Shown piece after piece: positions 7,673-15,181 of a DNA stretch of 16,315 nt. The notes beneath the pieces were generated by a model, which did not search any database, was not told the origin of the DNA, and saw only the letters and a list, made by a program, of their open reading frames with translations. The position numbers were made by a program, and so were the translations under genes. The stretch comes from Arcobacter sp. GTDB lineage: Bacteria > Campylobacterota > Campylobacteria > Campylobacterales > Arcobacteraceae. Positions within the stretch are counted from its first letter, which is position 1. Each line of letters opens with the position of its first letter. Location: contig CBFIGT010000047.1 in assembly GCA_965662175.1 (NCBI GenBank), positions 1 to 16,315 of the forward strand, given 5' to 3'.

Positions 7673-8947
7673 ATAACTAGCAATAACATCTTCTAAGTCA
7701 GAAATCTTTTTTCTATATTCATCAATATAGCCCTGTAAAACTACAATTGATTTTTGAGCTTTATCTATTTTTTCACTATTTATTTTACTTTTTTTAATTA
7801 AATCTTCACACTTTTTTGCCAAAATATGTATTGTATTATTTAAACCCACAATTTTTTCTTGATAGGCAATTTGCATATTATCAAATCTATCTTGAGTCTC
7901 TTTAGTATGCTTTTCAGATGTTAATACCCTTGAATTATTATCTAAATTCTTATGTCTTAATCTTTTTATCTCCTCATCCATCTCATTTACTAAAGCTATA
8001 AGTTTTTGATTTTGGTTATTTTTAGCATCAATTGAGGCGTTAATACTCTTTTTAAGCTCCTCTTCTACCCTCTTTTCTATTTCATGTTCATACTTTAGTT
8101 TTTCACCCTTTTGCTGTAAAATAAGTCTTTTTAGATTTTGCTTCTCTTCCTCTTCAGCTGTAATCAAAAAACCGGTTGATAAATATTTTATAATATTTTG
8201 TTTTTCATCAAAAATAGGAAGAATAGTTGTTTTTACATAAAATGTTGTACCATCTTTTGCTAAGTTCTTAATTTTTCCATGCCAAGTTTTACCCGAACTT
8301 ATAGTATTCCATAAATTAGCAATAAACTCTTTTGAGGTGTCAGGATGTTTTAGGATATTATTAGTTTGTCCAATAAGCTCTTCTTTACTATAGCCTGAAA
8401 TATTGCACATTAAATCATTAACATACTCTATTTTACTATCTAAAGATGTTTCAATAATAAAGTTTTCATTTTCTAAAATGGCTTTTAAATCTTGTAACTC
8501 TTTTACTTGTTTTTTTATCAACAATTCATTATTTTTATTTGTTAGGATTTTATTACAGATTTTTAGACTTGTTATCATCTGTATTGGTTTAATAATATAA
8601 TCATTTACATTGAGTTTTATAGCTCGTAGAAGTATTTCAGAGTCATTAAAAGCTGTACAAACTAGTATAGGGATCTCTTTATCAAGCTCTCTAACTTTTG
8701 ATATTAATTCCATACCATTCATTTTTGGCATATTTATATCTGTTATTAAAATACTTATGTCTTTTTGTTTGTTTTTAAAAATCTCCAAAGCCTCTTCTCC
8801 GTTTGAGGCTAAAAAAACTTTTTCAAAAAAGCTTTCAAAAACAGTGGAAATCTCTTCTCTTAATATTTCCTCATCTTCAACATATAATAAAGTAGATTTT
8901 TTTAGAATAGAGTTCTTTAACTCAATTTGATTCGTTGTTATATCCAT
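7649..8947 (-). CDS. Response regulator with receiver, PAS/PAC and long C-terminal coiled coil (no recognisable DNA-binding or enzymatic output)
   Basis: REC: YVEDE, ITDINMP (phospho-Asp), CTA, IKP. PAS: SGYSKEELIG...KHPD...LWNTI...W.G...KN..KDG. The C-terminal ~170 aa are K/E/Q-rich and heptad-like. Confidence 0.88.
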   Translation of the reverse strand: MDITTNQIELKNSILKKSTLLYVEDEEILREEISTVFESFFEKVFLASNGEEALEIFKNKQKDISILITDINMPKMNGMELISKVRELDKEIPILVCTAFNDSEILLRAIKLNVNDYIIKPIQMITSLKICNKILTNKNNELLIKKQVKELQDLKAILENENFIIETSLDSKIEYVNDLMCNISGYSKEELIGQTNNILKHPDTSKEFIANLWNTISSGKTWHGKIKNLAKDGTTFYVKTTILPIFDEKQNIIKYLSTGFLITAEEEEKQNLKRLILQQKGEKLKYEHEIEKRVEEELKKSINASIDAKNNQNQKLIALVNEMDEEIKRLRHKNLDNNSRVLTSEKHTKETQDRFDNMQIAYQEKIVGLNNTIHILAKKCEDLIKKSKINSEKIDKAQKSIVVLQGYIDEYRKKISDLEDVIASYEKDLKTK

Positions 8948-9185
8948 AGTCTTCAGCTAATTCATCGATTTTATTTTTCAATAAATCTAGTCTCCAACCA
9001 TGTCTATCTGCAAAATTTTCAATCTCAGCTTCTCGCTGTTCGTGGTTACAAAAGACAAAAATTCTTTTTAAAAATGGTTTAGGAACTTGTATTGCAATTA
9101 GTTGAAAATAGTTCTCCTTACAATTTCTAGAGCAAAAAGCTTTACTCATTGCAATCTTTTTCTTACAGAATGGACAGTGTGACAT
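8922..9185 (-). CDS. Small zinc-finger protein (C-x2-C-x10-C-x3-C with FCS motif; DUF2116-like)
   Basis: MSHCPFCKKKIAMSKAFCSRNC; TAATG coupling to the upstream ORF; overlaps the downstream regulator start by 26 nt. Confidence 0.8.
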   Translation of the reverse strand: MSHCPFCKKKIAMSKAFCSRNCKENYFQLIAIQVPKPFLKRIFVFCNHEQREAEIENFADRHGWRLDLLKNKIDELAEDYGYNNESN

Positions 9186-9376
9186 TAATTACCTTTCGGG
9201 ACTATTTTATAATACTTAGCATTAGCTATATCTTGAAGAAATTTTGGTTCAATCTCATGTAAAGCAATAATCTCCACAACTTTACCTTTCATCAACCAAC
9301 CTTTTTTTCCATCTTCAAGAGTATGTTTTTCAAACATTTCAACTAATTCAGCTTTAGTTACAATAATTTCTTCCAT
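9185..9376 (-). CDS. Hypothetical protein, 63 aa
   Basis: TAAGG RBS upstream of the ATG, protein-like composition, fills the gap between co-oriented genes, stop overlaps the next start. Confidence 0.78.
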   Translation of the reverse strand: MEEIIVTKAELVEMFEKHTLEDGKKGWLMKGKVVEIIALHEIEPKFLQDIANAKYYKIVPKGN

Positions 9377-9409
9377 TAAAGAACCTTATTGTAAACTAAA
9401 ACTTTAATT

Positions 9410-10117
9410 TTATTTCCTTGTAGTTGACTCATCAATTACATAACCTTTATTAGAATGGTTTTTAATAATTTCATAATAAGTTTTTTGTCTAATTTTATTT
9501 ACAATGTTTCTCATTGTATAAATTGACATATTTTTACCTTTCCAAACAACTTCTTTAATCATATCATAATCAGTGATTTCACCTCTTTTAGTGATTAAAA
9601 GTTTTAAGAAAGATTTTTCTAATCTTGTGAACTCAATTAATACACCACCTGCTTTAAAGAATTGATCTCTATACTCATCAAAATAGATACCATTTTGGAA
9701 CTCTATTTTATCCCCTCTTTTTGTTTGATTTAAAGACATAATAACTGCAAGCTTAATATCTTTTAATCTTAAAGGTTTTGAGATAAATGTATAAGCATTA
9801 CAATTAATAGCTGTAACTATATCTTTACTATCATCATCTTCTGAAATTATAATCTTTGGTAATGATTGAGCTACTTCACTTAACTCATTACATAAATCAG
9901 AAAAAGAGTACCCTTCCGTACATGTATCAATAACAACTAGATCATAACTATTCTCTTCAGCTAATCTTATAGCCTCTTTGTTATTAACTATAAAATGTAC
10001 TTCTTTAAAGTAATCATCTAAATCTTGCTCTAAAGACTCTTTTACTTTTAAATCACTACTTATAAATAGTAATTTTGCATTATCTAACTTTCTAATGTTT
10101 TTTAATGTTTTTAGCAT
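9410..10117 (-). CDS. OmpR/PhoB-family DNA-binding response regulator with atypical receiver
   Basis: REC-like N-terminus (DLVVID, IIIS, ISKP) plus winged helix (FTRLEKSFLKLL...VW...TMRNIVNKIRQK...IIKNHSNKGY). Confidence 0.88.
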   Translation of the reverse strand: MLKTLKNIRKLDNAKLLFISSDLKVKESLEQDLDDYFKEVHFIVNNKEAIRLAEENSYDLVVIDTCTEGYSFSDLCNELSEVAQSLPKIIISEDDDSKDIVTAINCNAYTFISKPLRLKDIKLAVIMSLNQTKRGDKIEFQNGIYFDEYRDQFFKAGGVLIEFTRLEKSFLKLLITKRGEITDYDMIKEVVWKGKNMSIYTMRNIVNKIRQKTYYEIIKNHSNKGYVIDESTTRK

Positions 10118-10146
10118 AATAAACTCTTCTTTTATAATTTTTTGTA

Positions 10147-10175
10147 ATTATAACAAATTTTATTTTTTTTGTCAA
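10147..10175 (-). promoter_or_regulatory. Perfect-consensus sigma70 promoter for the regulator operon
   Basis: Minus strand: TTGACA (10170-10175), 17-nt spacer, TGn extended -10 and TATAAT (10147-10152), about 30 nt upstream of ATG 10117. Confidence 0.85.
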
Positions 10176-10210
10176 AATAAAATTATTTTATAATAAAAAC
10201 TTCTTTTATT

Positions 10211-12913
10211 TCATTTTAGCTCATCCCAGCTATTACCAATACATAGGGATACTTTTAGTGGTATTTCTAAAATATAAATCTCTTCCATTATTTTTCTTAA
10301 ATCTTCTGTTATTTCATCAATTTTTTCATTTTTTATCTCAAAAATCAATTCATCGTGAATTTGTAATAACATTTTTATATCTTGATTATTTTTATATTTT
10401 TCAAAAATTTTAATCATCGAAAGCTTAATTAAATCAGCTGCACTTCCTTGAAATTTTGTATTTACAGCCTCTCTTAAATATGCTACTTTTTGCATACCAT
10501 TTGCACTTCCAAAATCAAAATTTCTTCTTCTTTTTATTAGAGTTTCTACATATCCATTTTGCATAGCAAAATCTTCAATAGATTTCATATAATCTTTTAC
10601 ATTTTTAAATACATCAAAATATGATTCAATATAAAGCTTAGCCTCTTTTACAGGAATTCCTAAAGTATCACTTAATTTTTTACTTCCCATTCCATAAAGT
10701 AGTCCAAAGTTAATAGTTTTGGCTATATTTCTTTTTGAAGCAGCATCCTCTTCACCAAAAATTTTAATTGCTGTTTGTGTATGAATATCTAAATTATTTT
10801 TAAAAGCTTCAACTAAAGCTTCATCTTTAGAAAAATGTGCAAGTAATCTTAACTCTATTTGAGAATAATCAATTCCAACTAACTTATAACCATCTCTTGC
10901 TATAAAGGCTTTTCTTATCTCTCTACCAGCAGAACTTTTTACTGGAATATTCTGTAAATTTGGATTTTTTGAACTTAATCTTCCTGTTGCTGTTCCTGTT
11001 TGTAAAAAAGATGTATAGATTTTATTATCAACATCTTCTAAGGCTAGGTTTAAAAGTGGCTCTATATATGTTGATTGAAGCTTATAAGCCTCTCTATACT
11101 CCAATAATAAAGGAATAATAGCATGGGAATCTTTTAATTTATTTAATACAACTTCATTTGTACTATAACCTGTTTTCCCTTTTTTTGATGATGTCAATCC
11201 TAAAGTTTCAAAAAGAATAACTCCAAGTTGTTTTGGTGAATTAATATTAAACTCACTCCCTGCTTCTTTATAGATATTATTTGTTAACTCTTGAATATAC
11301 TCTTGATTTTTTGATTTTAAATCTTCTAAAACATTTGTATCAATTTTTACACCATTATTTTGCATATTAATTAATACATTTATAAATCTAAACTCATATT
11401 TTTGAGCTATTTCGATAAGGTGCTCACACTCTTTATTTTTAAACTCTTCTAATAGTTTATAATAAATTTTATATGTAAAAAGAGCATCCTCAGCTGCATA
11501 TTCACAAGCTTTTGATATGTCAAGTGATGAAAAATTTTCACCCTTTTTAACTATACTTGTAAAAGATATCATTTTATGGTCAAAATATTTTGAAGCTAGA
11601 GCATCTAAACCTACTTTTGAACTTGTATCTAAAAGCCATGCTAAAACCATAGTATCAGCAAATAGGTTTAATTCTATGTCAAAATTATATTTTATAATAT
11701 CATAATCATATTTGAAGTTTTGTACTAGTAACTTAAACTGATTTAATAAAACTAATGCCTCTTTTGCATCCTCTTTAGATATTTGATTTCCTACACCTAA
11801 ATAGAAATGTCCAATTGGTACATAGTAAGCTTCCTTATCATTAAAAGCAAAAGAAAAACCAACTATTTTAGCCTTTTTAGTATCTAAATCAGTTGTTTCA
11901 GTATCAAAGGCTACTATTGACTCTTTTGCTATACTATTTATAATATTTAAAAGCTCCTCTTTAGTATCCAAGGTTTTATAACTTACTTCGATTTTCTCTT
12001 TTGGTTTAGGCATTTGAGTTTTATAATTTAATCCATTTTGATGAACTCTATCAATTATTCTATTTAAATCATACTCAAGTAAAATATCTTCAATTTTTAA
12101 AATAGGATTTTCACTTGGTAGTAAAAACTCTTCTAATATATCAATACAATGGCAATCAGTTTTTAAAGTAACTAACTCTTTTGAGATAAATGCCATCTCT
12201 TTGTTCTCTTCTAAAAGTTTTTTCCATCTAGGTTTTGAAATATTTTCTAAATTTGCATAAATATTATCTAAGGTTCCAAACTCTTTGATTAAAGCTTCAG
12301 CTGTTTTAGCACCAACACCTTTAACACCTGGAATATTATCAGCACTATCACCTATAAGCGCTTGATAATCTGTAAATTGCTTAGGATGAACACTATATTT
12401 TTCAAAACATTTATCTTCATTTATAATTGTTTTTTTGATTGGGTCAAATAAATAAATAACATCATCATCAATTAATTGATATAAATCTTTATCATGGGAT
12501 ACAACTCTAACTTCTAAATCTTTATCTCTTGCATCATGAGCAATAGAAGCAATAATATCATCAGCTTCAAAACCATCTTTAATAGCTGTTTTAAATCCCA
12601 TTTTTTCAATCCAAGAAATTGCAATTGGAAGTTGTTTTAATAAATCCTCAGGAACATCAGGTCTATGTGCTTTATATGCATCAAAAATCTCTTTTCTAAA
12701 TGTATCACCTTTTGAATCTAAAGCAAAAACTATATAATCTGTCTCAAAATCTTTTCCAATATTTGATATAAAATTCATAAATCCTGTAAGTAGACCAGTG
12801 GGAAAACCACTTTTTGACCTTAAAGGAGGTAGCGCATAAAAACTTCTAAATAAAAATCCAAAAGTATCTATAACTGTTATCACTTTTTTAGCGCTATTAT
12901 TGTCGTTATTCAT
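10211..12913 (-). CDS. polA: DNA polymerase I (5'-3' nuclease, intact 3'-5' exonuclease, family A polymerase)
   Basis: EADD and GDSADNIPGVKGVG (5' nuclease); FDTET, NFKYD and YAAEDA (Exo I-III); TGRLSS, DYSQIELR, KTINFGLLYG and QIHDEL (polymerase motifs). Confidence 0.98.
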   Translation of the reverse strand: MNNDNNSAKKVITVIDTFGFLFRSFYALPPLRSKSGFPTGLLTGFMNFISNIGKDFETDYIVFALDSKGDTFRKEIFDAYKAHRPDVPEDLLKQLPIAISWIEKMGFKTAIKDGFEADDIIASIAHDARDKDLEVRVVSHDKDLYQLIDDDVIYLFDPIKKTIINEDKCFEKYSVHPKQFTDYQALIGDSADNIPGVKGVGAKTAEALIKEFGTLDNIYANLENISKPRWKKLLEENKEMAFISKELVTLKTDCHCIDILEEFLLPSENPILKIEDILLEYDLNRIIDRVHQNGLNYKTQMPKPKEKIEVSYKTLDTKEELLNIINSIAKESIVAFDTETTDLDTKKAKIVGFSFAFNDKEAYYVPIGHFYLGVGNQISKEDAKEALVLLNQFKLLVQNFKYDYDIIKYNFDIELNLFADTMVLAWLLDTSSKVGLDALASKYFDHKMISFTSIVKKGENFSSLDISKACEYAAEDALFTYKIYYKLLEEFKNKECEHLIEIAQKYEFRFINVLINMQNNGVKIDTNVLEDLKSKNQEYIQELTNNIYKEAGSEFNINSPKQLGVILFETLGLTSSKKGKTGYSTNEVVLNKLKDSHAIIPLLLEYREAYKLQSTYIEPLLNLALEDVDNKIYTSFLQTGTATGRLSSKNPNLQNIPVKSSAGREIRKAFIARDGYKLVGIDYSQIELRLLAHFSKDEALVEAFKNNLDIHTQTAIKIFGEEDAASKRNIAKTINFGLLYGMGSKKLSDTLGIPVKEAKLYIESYFDVFKNVKDYMKSIEDFAMQNGYVETLIKRRRNFDFGSANGMQKVAYLREAVNTKFQGSAADLIKLSMIKIFEKYKNNQDIKMLLQIHDELIFEIKNEKIDEITEDLRKIMEEIYILEIPLKVSLCIGNSWDELK

Positions 12914-12937
12914 AAAATAATTCCTTTCTTTAAACTT

Positions 12938-12955
12938 TTTATATTATAATATAAA
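12938..12955. promoter_or_regulatory. Palindromic overlapping -10 boxes (bidirectional promoter) for polA and the histidine kinase
   Basis: Perfect 18-bp palindrome TTTATATTATAATATAAA containing TATAAT on + (12945-12950) and on - (12943-12948) in a 74-bp divergent intergenic region. Confidence 0.55.
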
Positions 12956-12987
12956 GATATAAAAATAAGTTTATTTAAGGTTATTTG

Positions 12988-14403
12988 ATGTCCTCAAAAC
13001 TAGAAAAGTTAGAAAAATTAAAAAACAGTAACTTAGAATTAAAAGAGATGATTAACAACTCTTGGGATGGTATTGCTATTATAGATAGTAATAGTAAATT
13101 AATATATGTAAATGATGCTTTTATCCCAATGTTAGGTTTTCAAAAAATAGAATTACTTTCAAGCTCTATGGTTGACTTGATTAAAGAAGATTACAAAAAA
13201 CCATTTTTACAACTACTAACTGATAATAAAAGTAATACCTATTTTACTGATATAAATGTTGTTTGTACAAGAAAAGATGGGAAACCTATTTATTTAAAAA
13301 TAACTGTCTCTTTAATGCTAAATAAAAAGTATTTTGTTTTAAATGCAAAAGATATTACAAAAGAGATTTCTGATGATGAAATTCTAAATAACTATGTAAT
13401 TTCTAGTCATACAGATGTAAATGGAACAATTACAGAGGTTTCTGATGCCTTTTGTAAATTAACAGGTTATTTAAAAGAGGAGCTAATTAATAAGTCCCAT
13501 TCTCTAATCCAACATCCTGATACAACAAATGAGACTTTTGCTCAACTTTGGAATACAATAAAAAGCGGAAATGAGTGGTCAGGAAGACTTAAAAATAGAA
13601 AGAAAAATGGAGATACTTTTTGGGTTGATGTTAGAATAAAACCAATTTACAACAAATATGGTGATATTATTGGTTATACCTCTTTAATGTTTGATATTAC
13701 AAATGAACTATTTTTGGATCAAAAAGTTATTGACCAAAACTCAAAACTAAATATTATGACAGAAACAATTAGAACAATTTCCCATGAATGGAGACAGCCT
13801 TTAAATAGTATCTCAATATTAGCCCAAAAGTTATCCTTAGAGCTTGAAGATGATAAAGAGTCTTTTATGACCTTGGAAAAGATAAAAAATAGTATAAATA
13901 GCTTATCTAATACTATTGAGGATTTTAAAACTTTAGTTGAGTTTAAGGGTGAAAAACAGAGAGTTAATATTAAGCAATTAATAGAAACATTAATAAAACC
14001 ATATAAAAGCATGAGTGAATTTACCATAGATATTGATAATAATATAAATGTGGAAATTTATGAAAATAGAGTTATAAATATCTTTAATAATATTATTCAA
14101 AACTCTATTGAAGCTATGAATAAAAACTCCATAGAGAATAGAATGATAAACATTCTTATAAAAAATGTTTATAATAGTTTAGATATACAAATAAGTGATA
14201 ATGCAGGTGGAATAGATAAATCAATAATTAATAGGGTATTTGAACCATATTTTTCTACAAAAGAGCAGCTTCATGGAGTTGGACTTGGCTTGTATATTTG
14301 TAAAAATATACTAGAATTACATTTAAATGGTTCAATAAAATTAGAAAATAAAAACAATGGCGTAGTTGTATATATTAAATTACCCATAAGTGAAGGAAAA
14401 TAA
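12988..14403 (+). CDS. Cytoplasmic PAS-PAS sensor histidine kinase
   Basis: Two PAS domains; H-box SHEWRQPL, N-box NIIQNSIEA, G1 DNAGGI, F-box FEPYFSTK, G2 GVGLGL; no transmembrane segment. ATG 12988 lies 7 nt after TAAGG (the ORF track starts at TTG 12985). Confidence 0.93.
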   Translation: MSSKLEKLEKLKNSNLELKEMINNSWDGIAIIDSNSKLIYVNDAFIPMLGFQKIELLSSSMVDLIKEDYKKPFLQLLTDNKSNTYFTDINVVCTRKDGKPIYLKITVSLMLNKKYFVLNAKDITKEISDDEILNNYVISSHTDVNGTITEVSDAFCKLTGYLKEELINKSHSLIQHPDTTNETFAQLWNTIKSGNEWSGRLKNRKKNGDTFWVDVRIKPIYNKYGDIIGYTSLMFDITNELFLDQKVIDQNSKLNIMTETIRTISHEWRQPLNSISILAQKLSLELEDDKESFMTLEKIKNSINSLSNTIEDFKTLVEFKGEKQRVNIKQLIETLIKPYKSMSEFTIDIDNNINVEIYENRVINIFNNIIQNSIEAMNKNSIENRMINILIKNVYNSLDIQISDNAGGIDKSIINRVFEPYFSTKEQLHGVGLGLYICKNILELHLNGSIKLENKNNGVVVYIKLPISEGK

Positions 14404-14405
14404 AT

Positions 14406-15131
14406 ATGATAATAATACCAGCTAGACTTAATTCAAGTAGATTTGCTAATAAAATTTTAGTAGATATTTTAGGCTTACCAATGGTAATTAGAACAGCTAA
14501 ACAAGTTAGTTCTTTAGACAAAGTTACAATAGCAACAGATTCACAAGAGGTTATTGATTTAGCAAAAGAGCATGGAATAAATGCTGTTTTAACATCAACA
14601 AAACACCAAAGTGGAACAGATAGAATAAATGAAGCAGCTCAAATTTTGAATTTAAATGAAAATGATATTGTAATAAATGTCCAAGGAGATGAGCCATTTA
14701 TTGAAAAAGAGGTGGTTGAGGCTGTTATAAATAGAGTTAAGGAAGTTAAAGAAAACAATGAAGATATTATGATTGTATCATGCCATAAAAAAATATCTTC
14801 AGAGTTAGCTGATGATCCAAATCATGTAAAAGTATTATTAAATGATAAAGGAAATGCAACATATTTTTCAAGAAGTAAGATTCCATATCATAGGGATCAC
14901 TATGAAGAGTCTAGTTATAATGGTCATTTAGGTATTTATGGTTTTACAGTAAAAAGCTTAAAAGAGTTTTGTTCTTTGCCACCTGCTGCTACTGAAAATA
15001 TTGAAAAACTAGAGCAATTAAGAGCTATTTATCATGAGAAAAAAATTGCAATGGTTGAGGTTCAATCAAAATCTTTTGGAATTGATACAGAAGAAGATTT
15101 AAAAAATGCAATAAGAATTTTTGGAAAATAA
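14406..15131 (+). CDS. kdsB: 3-deoxy-manno-octulosonate cytidylyltransferase (CMP-Kdo synthetase)
   Basis: IIIPARLNSSRF, HQSGTDR, NVQGDEP, YFSR, HLGIY, EKLEQLRA and GIDT motifs. Confidence 0.97.
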   Translation: MIIIPARLNSSRFANKILVDILGLPMVIRTAKQVSSLDKVTIATDSQEVIDLAKEHGINAVLTSTKHQSGTDRINEAAQILNLNENDIVINVQGDEPFIEKEVVEAVINRVKEVKENNEDIMIVSCHKKISSELADDPNHVKVLLNDKGNATYFSRSKIPYHRDHYEESSYNGHLGIYGFTVKSLKEFCSLPPAATENIEKLEQLRAIYHEKKIAMVEVQSKSFGIDTEEDLKNAIRIFGK

Positions 15132-15181
15132 AGTTAATTTTAAAATCTTTGGTGTAAGATATAGTTTTAATAAGGAATTTT

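Noticed and set aside
8403..8930. Two + strand ORFs (65 and 106 aa) opposite the REC-PAS gene
   Set aside because: Ser/Phe/Ile-rich mirror-frame translations typical of AT-rich antisense strands.
10176..10210. Short A/T-only inverted repeats after polA as a terminator
   Set aside because: No G-C pairs in the stems; expected by chance.
11517..11705. 62-aa antisense ORF in polA
   Set aside because: Shadow ORF.
10211..12913. Intein, intron or inactivated proofreading domain in polA (and intein in nrdD)
   Set aside because: Lengths are ordinary, motifs are contiguous, and the Exo I-III acidic residues are intact.
13719..14027. 102-aa antisense ORF in the histidine kinase
   Set aside because: Mirror-frame artefact opposite the H-box region.
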